A stretch of DNA of 64,000 bases from an uncultured Gemmataceae bacterium (GCA_963750165.1 CAVVPN010000011.1:2112001-2176000); one strand, 5' to 3'. Shown: positions 30,689-41,649, counted from the stretch's first letter. The notes: generated by a model not told the origin, from the letters alone. Program-made: numbers and translations.

Positions 30689-32703
30689 GTGCCACGAACG
30701 GCAACGAGCTTGATCTGAGCGGCGACGGCGCGGCATACCTGCGCGTCTCTGACGACCAACAGGATACGGTGCGCCAGTACGAATCGCTCCACGCTTTCGA
30801 GGAGCGGCACGGTGTTATCATCTCGAAACAGAACTGGTTCAAGGATGAGGGCTGGGCGCACGACACCGCCGACCACCGCCCCGACTTCCAACGGCTGATG
30901 AAGCTCGCGGAGGCCGGCGCGGTGCGGTGGATCGTCGTTGACCAACTCGACCGCTTCGGCACTAAGAACGCCAAGCAACTCATCACCTACCTGCACCGCT
31001 TGGACGAGGCAGGCTGCAAGCTGTACGACGCAGCGGGCAAGGAGTGGACCGGCGAGGACATTGCCACGATCATCACCGCCGTCGTTGAAGGAGAGAAGTC
31101 GAAAGGTGAGCAGACCAGCAAGTCGTACCGCGCCCTGAGCGGCAAGGTTGCAAGGGCGCGAGCGGGTGAATGGCAGGGCGGCCCGGTGCGCCTGGGGTTG
31201 GACGTGGTGTGCTACCACCGCGAGACGGACGATGAGCAGTGGCGGGTAGTTATGGAGGCTCTGCACAAGCGGCTGAAAGTGTACCCGGACGGCCGCACGG
31301 AGCGCTTCGACGGCCCGAACAACTTCCCCAGGTATCAACCGGCAACGGAAGTGCTGCGCATCGCCCCCAGCAACGACAAGTCCAAATTGGATGCAGCCGA
31401 GAGCGTGTTCAAGCGCTTTGCCACGGAGTCGATCAGCCCAACCACCCTGGCCCACTACCTGAACGGGCTGAGCTTCCGCACGGCCTTCGGCGGCCCCTTC
31501 CAGGGACACCACGTCAGGGCGATGCTGGAAGACCCGGCTTACATCGGGTACTACGCCTACAACCGCCGCCACTTCGGCAAGTTCCACCGCTGGGCGGATG
31601 GGCAGCCCGTCCATGAACTGAACTACGAAGAGAAGCAATCCAGGAACGACAAGGCCGATTGGGTGCAGAGCCGGCGCCTGTTCGACCCGCTGGTAGACCG
31701 TCCAACCTGGGACGCGGTGCAGAAGAAGCTCGAAAAACCGAGACGTGAGACCGCCCCCCGTAGCGCCGCGCTCTACCTTGCCGGGTTGGTGGTGTGTGGT
31801 AACTGCGGGGCGAAGATGATCGCTGGCCGTGGCAGGTCATCGAAAACCGACAGCCAACCGCTCCGGTTCGAGTTCATTTGCGGCGGCTACCACAAGGCCG
31901 TTCGCAACAAGGAGCGACTGGACACCACTTGCCTCCGCAACAGCGTCTTTCAGCACGAACTGGAACCGTACATCGAACGCTGGCTAGATGCGACGGGCAA
32001 GCGACTGGAAGTGCTTACGCAACCCCCCGAAGCCGAGCGCGGACACCTGACGGACAAGCTGCAAGGAGAACTCGTCCTGACCAACACCGCCTTCTGGGAA
32101 AACTACCTGCACATGCTGCGTTGCATCGCTGAGGAAGACCCGCAGAACTGGGCCGCGCTGTGGGAAGGGGTTCCCGAGGCGCAGGGGGTGCCACTCGAAA
32201 AAGTCATTGCCCACTACCGCAGCTGCTTCGACCCGAGCAAGTTGACGGCGGAAATTGAGAATCTGGAGGCCGAGCACACGGCTCTATACCGCCGCTACGC
32301 CGACCTACCGACCCCACGGGCCAGGGAGAAGGCGAAGGCGGAGCTAACCACCCTGGAGGACCGAATCGCCGAACTGGAGCGCCGGCGTGAGGACATCGGC
32401 GCGACTGCGACCGCCCAGTGGGCACAGGTTCTGGACTTGGCGAACGCGGTCAAGGAAGCCCGGAGGGCGATGGAGAGCGAGGACGGCGAGCGTGCTTCAC
32501 GGCGGAAGGCGGAAGCCCTCCGGGCCATCATCCAGCGGATCGAGTGTACCTTTGAGCCGACGGACCAGAGAGGCGGCGGCCACGGCAAGAAGAACGCACG
32601 GTTTGCCAAGGTGACGATCTATCCGATTGTGGGCGATGCCGCTCACTTTCGCATCGAAGCCGATAGCGTATTACGGGCAACCCGGGCCACGTCCCACATG
32701 TAA
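30685..32703 (+). CDS. Large serine recombinase (integrase of element A)
   Basis: AYLRVS catalytic Ser, RPDFQRLM, DQLDRFG, LAGLVVCGNCG Zn ribbon, coiled coil. Confidence 0.93.
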   Translation: MSATNGNELDLSGDGAAYLRVSDDQQDTVRQYESLHAFEERHGVIISKQNWFKDEGWAHDTADHRPDFQRLMKLAEAGAVRWIVVDQLDRFGTKNAKQLITYLHRLDEAGCKLYDAAGKEWTGEDIATIITAVVEGEKSKGEQTSKSYRALSGKVARARAGEWQGGPVRLGLDVVCYHRETDDEQWRVVMEALHKRLKVYPDGRTERFDGPNNFPRYQPATEVLRIAPSNDKSKLDAAESVFKRFATESISPTTLAHYLNGLSFRTAFGGPFQGHHVRAMLEDPAYIGYYAYNRRHFGKFHRWADGQPVHELNYEEKQSRNDKADWVQSRRLFDPLVDRPTWDAVQKKLEKPRRETAPRSAALYLAGLVVCGNCGAKMIAGRGRSSKTDSQPLRFEFICGGYHKAVRNKERLDTTCLRNSVFQHELEPYIERWLDATGKRLEVLTQPPEAERGHLTDKLQGELVLTNTAFWENYLHMLRCIAEEDPQNWAALWEGVPEAQGVPLEKVIAHYRSCFDPSKLTAEIENLEAEHTALYRRYADLPTPRAREKAKAELTTLEDRIAELERRREDIGATATAQWAQVLDLANAVKEARRAMESEDGERASRRKAEALRAIIQRIECTFEPTDQRGGGHGKKNARFAKVTIYPIVGDAAHFRIEADSVLRATRATSHM

Positions 32704-33497
32704 TGATTTATGCGGTGCTCCGCCGCCCGGCTCAGGTGCTCCAGCGCCTTCGCCGCGTCGCCGTTGGCCTCGTGGTACAGGCCGAGGTACAGCTGGGCGT
32801 AGAACCGCTGGCTATTGCGCAGCGCCGCGTCCGCTTTGCCGGCCTCCGCCGCCTTGAGCACAGCCGCCGGCTGTGCCTTACCCTGGAACAGCGCGTATAC
32901 CTCCATCATCGGCACACGCCGATCCTGGCCGATCTTCAGCAGGGCCGCCCGCGCCTTTTCGACGCCGACCGTCTTCGCCATGCACAGGTAGCGCCAGACG
33001 GCGTTCTCCACGTCGTTCGTGTCCACGCTCTCGTAGCCCTCGAACTGCTTGCGACCGTCCTCGAAGCGGCCCGCGTAGTAATAGGAGATGCCGCGCATCC
33101 AGTGGCCCTTCGCCTCGTCGGGCCGCAGGGCGACGAATTTGTCAAAGTCCTGGATGGATTCCGGGATGTGGCCGAGCTTGAAGTGGACGGCGCCGCGGCG
33201 GTTCCAGAACTGGGCCGCCTTCGGCTCCAGCGTCACCACCTGGGTGAAGTCCGCCAGCGCCCCCTTGAACTGGTCCTGCTCCTCACGGATGAGGCCGCGC
33301 AGGGCATAGGCGCCCGCCTCCTTCGGGTGCTCCTTGACGGCCAACTCGGCGAGACGCAGGGCCTCGTCTTTCTTGCCCGCGTCCTGGGCGGCGCGGGCGG
33401 CCTTGAACAGCTCCTCCAGACTCTTGCCCGACTCTTGCCGGGCGGAGGCGGCCACCATTCCGAGACTCACGGCGACAATCAGGAGCAACCGGCGCAT
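32643..33497 (-). CDS. NlpI-like TPR protein (target of element A; C-terminal tail element-derived)
   Basis: Signal peptide, TPR repeats, DVENAVWRYLC, FYAQLYLGLY. Confidence 0.88.
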   Translation of the reverse strand: MRRLLLIVAVSLGMVAASARQESGKSLEELFKAARAAQDAGKKDEALRLAELAVKEHPKEAGAYALRGLIREEQDQFKGALADFTQVVTLEPKAAQFWNRRGAVHFKLGHIPESIQDFDKFVALRPDEAKGHWMRGISYYYAGRFEDGRKQFEGYESVDTNDVENAVWRYLCMAKTVGVEKARAALLKIGQDRRVPMMEVYALFQGKAQPAAVLKAAEAGKADAALRNSQRFYAQLYLGLYHEANGDAAKALEHLSRAAEHRINHYMWDVARVARNTLSASMRK

Positions 33498-33616
33498 GAC
33501 GACCTCCCCGGGAAGGTGCCGGCGGCCGTTGCCCGTGCGCAGACAACGGCCGTCGGCCTTTTCGGATGAGGTTAGGGAAACGGACGCCAGCCGGACAGGC
33601 GGCGGCGCGCGAGCAG

Positions 33617-34036
33617 TTACCGGGGTGGGACGTAGTAGATGATACGCTTGGTGGTTGTGGTCGTGGTGGTCTTCGTCCCGGAGGAGCCGTTGAGGCCGTA
33701 AGACACGTTGGTGCCGCTGACCCCTTCGGGGGCGCCGCCGGCCCCGCGCGAGACGGTCTTGATGATGGCTTCGCCGGGCGGCGCCTGTTCGACCTTCCTG
33801 GCGACGGCCACCGGCGCGTGCCTGGGCTTGACCACGGGCTTCGGCTCAGGCCTTTGCTCGGGCTTCGGCTCGGGGGCCACGATCTTGGCCTCGTCGCGGT
33901 CCAGGCCCTGGTTGGTGTCAGGCGTCTTGCGGTTGGCCAGGCCGAGGAACGGCAGCGCCACCGCGGCGGACGCGACCGCCAGCACGAGAAAAATCACGAC
34001 CATGCGCTTGCTCGAATCCGGCTGCTTGTTTTCCAT
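33617..34036 (-). CDS. Small membrane-anchored hypothetical protein
   Basis: GGAGG RBS, TM helix; paralog of 34217-34621. Confidence 0.7.
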   Translation of the reverse strand: MENKQPDSSKRMVVIFLVLAVASAAVALPFLGLANRKTPDTNQGLDRDEAKIVAPEPKPEQRPEPKPVVKPRHAPVAVARKVEQAPPGEAIIKTVSRGAGGAPEGVSGTNVSYGLNGSSGTKTTTTTTTKRIIYYVPPR

Positions 34037-34216
34037 GTTGCCTCCTGGAGGACGGCGCCGCTCGCCCTGCCTCAACCCTGGTCCGCAAGAAGACGAGTCG
34101 TTCGCCGGTCAGATCGTCATTGACGCGCGTGAACTCTAGCTCGCGAGCGGCATGGAGGCAAACGAACCGGGCGGAACCGCCGCCGCCGGCACGCGGCCAG
34201 CGGCGGCGGGGCGGAG

Positions 34217-34621
34217 TTATCGGGGGGCGTAGACCGTCGCGTAATTGTTGCCCCATCCCCAGGTGCCCCAGGCCGGATTGGGCACGCCGTACGAAATCTT
34301 GGTGCCGCGCGGGAGTTCGGGCGCCGTCGCCGGCGGGCGGGACACGACTTTCACGATGGGCTCCCCGGGAGGCAGCGGGTCCGCGTGCCGGGTGGCGACG
34401 ACCGGATGATGTACATGCCGGGCCGCGGGTTTGGCTGCCGGCTGCGCTTCCGGGACGACGGCCTTGGCCTCGGTGGGGCCGGGTTGCGAGTTGGCCTGGG
34501 GCGTCGGGTTTTTGTGATGGACGAGGTAGAAGAGGCCTCCTCCGACCACCCCGGTCAACAGGACCGTGGCAAGGAGCAGACTGATGGTGTCCTTGCCGGT
34601 TGAAGATTGGAAGTTCCCCAT
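34217..34621 (-). CDS. Small membrane-anchored hypothetical protein (paralog of adjacent gene)
   Basis: PPGEPIVKVVSR versus PPGEAIIKTVSR; GT.(I/V)SYG shared. Confidence 0.7.
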   Translation of the reverse strand: MGNFQSSTGKDTISLLLATVLLTGVVGGGLFYLVHHKNPTPQANSQPGPTEAKAVVPEAQPAAKPAARHVHHPVVATRHADPLPPGEPIVKVVSRPPATAPELPRGTKISYGVPNPAWGTWGWGNNYATVYAPR

Positions 34622-34901
34622 GTTCCCTCCTGTGCGAGTGTGCGAGCGCGCGGCGACATTGGTTGGTTACACCGTGGGCGTCGAGAAGACCTCGCGCCCG
34701 ATAGATAGAGTTTGTGGCACGTCAACTCTAGTTTACAAACGCGGCAGAAGCAAACCGTCGAGGTGCGATTGCGAAGAAGGGGGGTGATTGGTAGCCTTGG
34801 GAGGCGAAGTCCGCGCCCGATGGTTGCGGGTGTGCCGCTTGTCCGGCTCGGCAGTCGTGACGGTTGGTTGCATTGCCGCTCCCTCGGGCAGTCGAGATGG
34901 T

Positions 34902-35167
34902 TCACGAGCCGACGGCCCGCTCGAAGCAAAACGCGAGCAGCAGTTCATACTCGCGCCGCTGCACGCGCCGGCACAGGTCATGGCACGGCGCCGCCTCCTC
35001 ATAGGACGCCTCGCACAAATCCACAAACGCCAGTGCATCCCAGGCCGCCTGCCGCACCAGGAACGCGGCCGGCGGCGGCGCGTCCGCCGCGAGTTGTGCC
35101 GCCTCCGTCCGCAGCGGCTCGAACACTGGATGCTTGCCGACGCGCCGGAACCAGTATTTGCTGTTCC
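34902..35167 (-). pseudogene. 3' half of host gene interrupted by element B
   Basis: NSKYWFRRVGKHPVF...WDALAFVDLCE continues HRREPDFW from 46848-47146. Confidence 0.9.
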
Positions 35168-35459
35168 CCGAATGAACAAGCGGGGTACGCCGTTCAAGTG
35201 CCCCTCGCCCTTGCCTAGAATAGTGATTGCCCCCTTGGCCGACGCTGCCGTTTCCATCGCCCACGTCGCGTTCTGCCGCGTCCGGGCGGGGGAACTCGGC
35301 CCCGGATACGGCGGGCGGCACGGGCGGTTCCTGGGGCAAAGCGGTAAGATAGAGGCAGCGGGACGCCGGGCCTCATGAACCCGGCCGGCCCTGCCTGGCG
35401 TCGTGGCCGTCTCCTGGACGCGGCAACTGGGCAGGGCACCTCCCGCATTCCAGGAGACA

Positions 35460-36213
35460 ATGACATGTCCGACACACCCACCGCGGCCAGCGCCTGTGCC
35501 CGCGTTCCCTCGCTGAATGGCACGCCGAACTGACGTTCAAGCGCGAAACACTGGTTGCGAACATCAAGGCCGCGGATTCCGGTCTGCGCGGCGGGAGGGG
35601 CAACCAGGGGATACAACTCGACACCTTCCAGAAGTGCGTTGCCTGGCTCGCATGGCCGACGCAAGGGGGCATTGTTGATCGTTATATGCTCCCCCGGTTG
35701 CGGGATACGCTACTGCAATTGTGCATGGAACACAACCTCGACCTGCCCTCTTGGCACGGCGAACCGCAAGACGACATGACCGCCCTGCAAATGGTCAACG
35801 GTTGCCTGGCAGCAATCGAGCGCGCTATTGGACGCACGCAGCCCGACACGTCCGTTGCAGTGAAGGCGGTATCGACCGCCAGCGAGCAACCACGCAAGTT
35901 ACTCACTGGCTGGCTGGAGATCGCCGCCGCCCTGGATATGAAATACGCGGACTGCGACAAGATCAAGAGCCTGAACAAACGATTTGAGGGGCCTATTGGT
36001 AACAGCGGCAAGGGCACAAGCCCGATGGTCTACCGCGATGTCCTCATCCAGTGGTGGAATCGGCTGGCAATCCAGGAAGAGGAACTGGCCAACCAGCGCG
36101 AGGGTGCCAGGCTCACCGCGGAAGCCCAACACTCCTACGGCAAGAGCGGCACGGCGGCCCCGGAAATCAACGGCGAAGTGAAGAAACGGCGTAGCGACCG
36201 GAAACCTACCTAA
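35460..36213 (+). CDS. Hypothetical protein (first gene of element B; probable frameshift near 35510)
   Basis: AGGAG RBS at 35452; frame of ORF 35686-36213 is open back to about 35464. Confidence 0.6.
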
Positions 36214-36283
36214 ACCTCCCGGAACCTGCTAAAACCTCTCTGTGCCGCGATCCTCCCCATGAATTTGTGAGGAGGACGCGGCT

Positions 36284-36475
36284 ATGTTTCTTTCCCCCGA
36301 AGAACTCGACAGGCGCATGGGGTGGAGGCCCGGCCGGGCCGAGCAACTGGCCCGCCAGCGACGACTGCCCTATATGTTGCTCCCAGATGGATCAATTCGG
36401 TTCGACTGGACCGAGATTGAACCGCTCATTGTTCGCATACCGGCTGTCCTCAATTTAGAGAGGGGGACGCCGTGA
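36284..36475 (+). CDS. Excisionase-like small DNA-binding protein
   Basis: FLSPEELDRRMGW...AEQLARQRRLPYMLLPDGSIRFDW; GAGGAGG RBS. Confidence 0.7.
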   Translation: MFLSPEELDRRMGWRPGRAEQLARQRRLPYMLLPDGSIRFDWTEIEPLIVRIPAVLNLERGTP

Positions 36476-36747
36476 ATGAACCCCTCGACTCGCTGCACGT
36501 CCCGCCGATCCCCCTGCTGCCCGTGGCGGTGGTGGAGGACACCACTGCCCGACCCGGCAACCTCACGACTGCGCTGGCGTCGCTGGTCCTGAGCCGAGCG
36601 CGCGAGCACTCTGCGCCACGGCGAGCGGGCCGAGCCGGTAGGCGAGGCCGACGACCGCTGAAGCAAATAACGGCCGCAGCGTCGGGGCGGGTACGCCACG
36701 GCCGTCCTAACACACTACCCGCATTCTACCCCAGAAAGGGGTGCCGT

Positions 36748-36978
36748 ATGAAGTTGCGTAGCAAAAACGGAGACAGATCGCGCCTGCCTTTTGGCCGCTA
36801 CAGAGGACTTCCACTTTCCAAGGTGCCGCGGGAATACCTGATGTGGGTGTTACGGGCGGTCAAGTTGTCCGAGGATCTGCGTGTCGCCGTGTCCGAGGCT
36901 TTGGCATGTCGGGATATGTTCCCGCCCCTGCCGCCCGATACCCGTGTCGTGAGGGAGGGCCGGCACCATGCCATCTAG
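36748..36978 (+). CDS. DUF3820-like small protein
   Basis: LPFGRYRGLPLSKVPREYLMWVL; may extend upstream to 36472. Confidence 0.65.
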   Translation: MKLRSKNGDRSRLPFGRYRGLPLSKVPREYLMWVLRAVKLSEDLRVAVSEALACRDMFPPLPPDTRVVREGRHHAI

Positions 36979-39082
36979 CCCACACACCGCCACCGTCAAG
37001 GCGGCAGCGCGTCTCCGTAGTCTTGGATTCGGTATCTGCCGAATACTGGCCAAGGAGAAAACCCCGAACTACAAGGGCTGGACGCGGGCCAGTTTGGAGG
37101 ATGGCGACTTCGAGCAGTTCCGCTGCGCGAACATTGGCATCCTCGGCGGTGCCATCAGCGGCAACCTCGTCATCGTGGACCCCGACCGGCCCGATGTCCG
37201 AGCGGAGGCCGTCAAGCGTCTGCCACGTACCATGACGGACGGGCGACCGTCGAGTGGTCCGGGGCACCTCTACTACCGCGTTACTGACGTTCCGGCGTGG
37301 GCGACCGCCGGCACCCAGGTTGCGGGTGGCATCGGCGGGCCAAGGATTTTTCACTTCGCCGATGGCAATGGACTTCCGATAGGACTGGACTTCCTGGGGA
37401 CGGGCGCGAAGGCGGTTTGCCCGCCGTCTCTCCACCATTCCGGCGAGCGCCGTTGCTGGTTTGTCGAGCCAGAACACATCGTCACCCTTCCCTACCTCGA
37501 CCTGTGGGCCTTCGTCAAGCAGCTTGCAAAGGACTTCGGTGCCGCCAACGCCGACCGGGAATGTGCGCGTCCAACTGTTGCCGTGACAGGCGAGCGGCGG
37601 ATTTTTTGCGACGCAGTAGGGACGCACATCGTCAAGCGTGCCATCGCCTACCTGGCGGCATGTCCGCCGGCCATCAGTGGGCAAGGTGGGCACAATTGCA
37701 CGTTTGCGGTCGCGAGGGCCATCGTGTGGGGCTTCGACCTCGGTGCCGATGCCGGTTTCGATTTGTTGCAACAGTTCTACAACCCGCGCTGCGATCCACC
37801 GTGGTCTGATGCCGAATTGATGCACAAGTGCGAGGACGCCAACTGCACAAAGTTCGATAAGCCTCGGGGGTACTTGCTGGACGCGCCGTCTCAAGTGTTG
37901 AGTGTTGATTCAACAGGTCAACAGGACGGGGCGTTGCAAGGTCCGGGCGACGACACGTTGGACTGCCCAGAACTGGCCCGCGACCCGAGTCCGCTGCTGA
38001 CCATCGGCAACGACCTCGCTGCCATCGGCATCGTTGACGAATCGGACAGCGCGAAGCTCGTTTACCTAGCCTACACCTCTCGGGTGCTGGAAGACCCAGC
38101 AGCAATCGTAGCTCGCGGCGTCAGGGGGACCGGCAAGTCAGTCCTGCTGACAAAGACGGCGACGCTGTTTCCCCCCGAGGTCAAGATTGAGGCGATGCAG
38201 ATGACCAACGCGGCGTGGTTCAACACGCCGGATGATTTCTTCAAGCACAAGGTCTTCATCAGCGGCGAGCGCAAGCACTCAACGACCGAAGAAGCGAAGG
38301 ACGCCGGCGCTTGCCTCCGGCAACTCCTGAGCGAGAAGCGAGTCAACCGCGGCGTGTCCGTCTACGACAAGGAGTCGAAAGCCTGGTCAACGGTATGGGT
38401 CGAGAAGGCCGGCCCGGTTGCCTATGCGGAGAGTACCACTGCCCGGTCAATCTTCGAGGAAGACCTTGACCGGATGCTTCAGATCTACACTGACAACTCG
38501 GAGGAGCATAAGAGGAACGTCCTGGACGCTATTGGTAGCAAGTACGAACCCGACTGTGTGCGGCCAGACCTCGATGCCATCATCAAACGGCACCATACCT
38601 TCCAGCTTTGGTTGCAGAAGTTCGCGCCTATCCGTGTTGGGGTTCCCTACCACCGGGCGGTTACGTTGATGCTTCCCGTAGACGGGGCAAGCGTGTTTCG
38701 CACGACACAACTACTCTTCACGATCATTCAGACGGTTGCTCTGCTTCACCGTCAGCAGCGCGAAGAGAGGAATGGTTATCTCATCGCAACCCTGGATGAC
38801 TACGCCGTTGCTCGACAACTACTGATACCACCACTGAGCACGGCTATCGGTATTGGCGAGTGGCACGGAGGCGCGGAGAAACTGAGGAAGGTGACGAAGC
38901 CGGGCGAGGAGTTCACGACGCCGCAGGTGAAACAGGCTCTTGGATTCGGGCACGACATGGGGCCAAGCAGGCTCCTCAACGGTCTGGTCGAAGCCGGCAT
39001 GATCGTGCGAACGCGAGAGCAGAGCGGGCGGACACCAGCTACGTACAAATGGGTAGATGGCGCGCTGCGCGGTTGCTGGTGA
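36968..39082 (+). CDS. Primase-polymerase (Prim-Pol) fused to P-loop ATPase/helicase
   Basis: NIGIL..LVIVDPD, GHLYY, VCPPSLH; PPAISGQGG..C.PPWS.EL.HK; GVRGTGKS Walker A. Confidence 0.85.
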   Translation: MPSSPHTATVKAAARLRSLGFGICRILAKEKTPNYKGWTRASLEDGDFEQFRCANIGILGGAISGNLVIVDPDRPDVRAEAVKRLPRTMTDGRPSSGPGHLYYRVTDVPAWATAGTQVAGGIGGPRIFHFADGNGLPIGLDFLGTGAKAVCPPSLHHSGERRCWFVEPEHIVTLPYLDLWAFVKQLAKDFGAANADRECARPTVAVTGERRIFCDAVGTHIVKRAIAYLAACPPAISGQGGHNCTFAVARAIVWGFDLGADAGFDLLQQFYNPRCDPPWSDAELMHKCEDANCTKFDKPRGYLLDAPSQVLSVDSTGQQDGALQGPGDDTLDCPELARDPSPLLTIGNDLAAIGIVDESDSAKLVYLAYTSRVLEDPAAIVARGVRGTGKSVLLTKTATLFPPEVKIEAMQMTNAAWFNTPDDFFKHKVFISGERKHSTTEEAKDAGACLRQLLSEKRVNRGVSVYDKESKAWSTVWVEKAGPVAYAESTTARSIFEEDLDRMLQIYTDNSEEHKRNVLDAIGSKYEPDCVRPDLDAIIKRHHTFQLWLQKFAPIRVGVPYHRAVTLMLPVDGASVFRTTQLLFTIIQTVALLHRQQREERNGYLIATLDDYAVARQLLIPPLSTAIGIGEWHGGAEKLRKVTKPGEEFTTPQVKQALGFGHDMGPSRLLNGLVEAGMIVRTREQSGRTPATYKWVDGALRGCW

Positions 39083-39130
39083 TACCGACGGTTGAGGAAG
39101 TGGAAATGGCCGAGGCTGAGCTGCGATCAA

Positions 39131-39311
39131 CCTAACAGCCTAACTTAGCTAACAAGGGGTGCCTTTGCCTAACTAACTAACAGGGGGTATATACCCCTGG
39201 CACATGAGGGATGAGTTACCTAACAACCTAACTTGTCAAACAACCTAACAAGATCACTGGTGACGTTCTCCCTGAAGGGGATGGGGTATGTCCCCCTTGT
39301 TAGTTAGTTAG
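39131..39311. other. Iteron-rich putative origin of element B
   Basis: About nine CTAAC and three inverted GTTAG; IR CTAACTAACTAACAGGGGG/CCCCCTTGTTAGTTAGTTAG. Confidence 0.7.
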
Positions 39312-39469
39312 ACAATTCGCTCCGGAGGACTACCACCGGGCACCGCGACGGTTGCGCGAGTTGATGGGGCAATGCTCATGCAACCTTGCTGGCCTGTTGA
39401 GGAAGTAACCGTAACACCCTGACCTGGGCCGGGCGGTCAGAGACGAGTACCTTAAAGCAACAACGAAAA

Positions 39470-39790
39470 GGGGCGGACTGGCCCCCATGCCCCAACCGCT
39501 TTCCCGCCGGGAGCGGCGGTATGGTATCCTAACTGGTGCTGGAAACCGATTGACGTTGTGAGAATGACAGCAAGGTAGCTCGCCGGTCAGGTCATGCCAG
39601 CGTCCAGGACGACCAATCCCGGACGCCAAGAGTGCAAGACTTTCCAGCAATCTTGCGGATTGAAGGCGTGAAACCAACCGTGCGTAGGGAGCCGCGCGAA
39701 GGAACTAGCCCCCGGTGCGCCCGAGGGGGGTCACAATACGCGGGAACATGCCGGGGGGAGAGTGGAACGCCCCCTACCCTGCGGTCAGGG
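39470..39790. repeat. Conserved non-coding block shared with element A
   Basis: Co-linear with 27521-27837. Confidence 0.85.
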
Positions 39791-39820
39791 CACGAGGACG
39801 GCCAGCTCGTCGTCGCCAAG

Positions 39821-41649
39821 TTACTTGCTGGGCGAGAAAACCAACACCTCCACGGTATTCAGGAAGGGCACGGTGCCTCCTCCGCCGATGGCATAGATGC
39901 GACCATCGCGACCTGTAGTCGCCGCCAGTTGACCACGCACGGTAGGCATGTTTGCGACGGGAGTCCACTTGTTGGTGCTCGGGTCGTAGGCTTCCACAGG
40001 GTTGAGATTTTCGCCTTCGGGATGTCCTCGAATGGCGTAGATTCGGCCATCCGGACCCATTGCGGCTGCAAGCGCATTACGCGCTGTTGGCATGTTGGCA
40101 ACGGTAGTCCAAGTGTTAGTTTCGGTGTCATAGGCTTCCACAGTTTTGAGACGCTTGCTGTTGATCCCGCCGATAGCAAAGATGCGACCATCCGGCCCCG
40201 TTGCGGCTGCGAGGTAGACACGGACTGTGGGCATACTTGCGACAGTAGTCCAGGTGTTTGTGCTCGGGTCGTAGGCTTCCACGGTATTAAGAGGCACCCC
40301 GCGTTGACCAGTTCCGCCAATGGCGTAGATTCGACCATCGGGGCCGGTGACGGCTGCCAGCCCATGACGCGCGGTCGGCATGGGGGCGACCGCGATCCAC
40401 ATGTTGGTACTTGGGTTGTAGGCTTCTACGATATTCGCGCCGCCAACGCCACCGATGGCATAGATGAGATTATTCGGACCTAATGTGGCGGCCAGGTGAT
40501 TGCGAGCGGTGGGCATGGGGGCCGCTTTGGTCCACTTGTTGGTATTTGGGTAGTAAACCTCGACGGTGTCGAGGCGGCCGCTGGCGTCCTCTCCGCCGAA
40601 GGCGTAGATGCGACCATCCGCCCCCGTTACCGCAGCCAGCAAGATACGCGCGGTAGGCATGTTGGCCAGACTTTTCCAGGTGGCCGGCTGAATTCCTTCA
40701 GTTTTTTTATCAAGGATGTTTTTTATCGATTCCTTGCCCGGCGCAATCTTGTCCGTTCCCACAGCGGGCTTGTCCTTCTTCCTGTCCGGGTCAGTGTCCT
40801 TCGGCCTGTCGTCGCCGCGCGGACCCTTCGCGGCCACCGGGGGGCCGTCCGGCGTCTTCGGCTCCGACCTATTGCGGACGACGAGGACGACCACGACCAC
40901 CAGCGCGACGGCCGCGGCGCCCCCGCCAGCCAGACCCATCCCGGTACGCCCGGACGCGACGGCCGGCGCCTCTCCAGGATCGGCTCCTCTTCGGGGGGAA
41001 GGGGCACGGAGAGGATCGTGCCCCGGGGAGGCGGTGGAATCTGGATGCGCTGCCCGCACTTGGGGCAGTTTAGTTTCTGGCCTGCAATCCGAGCGGGCAC
41101 CGTCATCGCGGTCTTGCACACCGGACACGCGAAACGAATCGGAGTCGCCCCCGATGCTCGCGGCCCCGCCGGCATCGGCGACAGCGGTCTGTCGGCGACC
41201 GGCGGCGAGTTCAATTCGCCCGGCTAGAAGCGCGGCAGGTCGGGCGGCAAAAACGGCAGCAGATTCTCGGCGCTGCTCAAGCGCAGGTCGGGCGGCACGG
41301 TTCGGCCTTCGGGGTCGGTCGGCCGGTACAGGGTATGGCGAACCTGGACCTGCACCTGGATCAAGTAGGTAGTCAACTTCCGCTTGACCGCGGCAGGCTG
41401 TCCGGCGGCCTCATCCTGGATGGCGGCCTGCACCGCTGCCTCGACCCGCTCCGCCGTGGCATGGGCCAGCGCCTGGAGTTCTTCGCGCGGGTCCGCTTCA
41501 GCCGGATTCTGCTTCTTCCACCGCTCCCAGACATCGGCACCGAACTCAACAACCTCGATCAGCGCACCGCCACCGGGTACGAGAGCGACGAGGAATTTGC
41601 CGATGCGGTTGACGGCAGCCTCGACACAACAATTCAGCAGGGGGAACAT
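39821..41649 (-). pseudogene. Zn-ribbon/TM/Kelch-repeat protein with in-frame TAG (41224) and frameshift (~40920)
   Basis: Six MPTAR..LAA..GPDGRIYAIGG Kelch repeats; FACPVC..CPKC; ORFs 41224-41649 and 40723-41214 share a frame across one TAG. Confidence 0.7.

Larger units (their letters stand above)
24329..32696. mobile_element. Integrated element A (~8.4 kb, serine integrase, satellite-like)
   Basis: 14-bp direct repeat CGGGCCACGTCCCA at 24329-24342 and 32683-32696; symmetric arms CGTATTACG/CGTAATACG each 7 nt from the core; LSR, replicase and excisionase-like genes inside. Confidence 0.93.

Noticed and set aside
41224..41226. TAG read-through (pyrrolysine or recoding)
   Set aside because: Single case, TAG serves as a normal stop elsewhere, and a point change or error is simpler.
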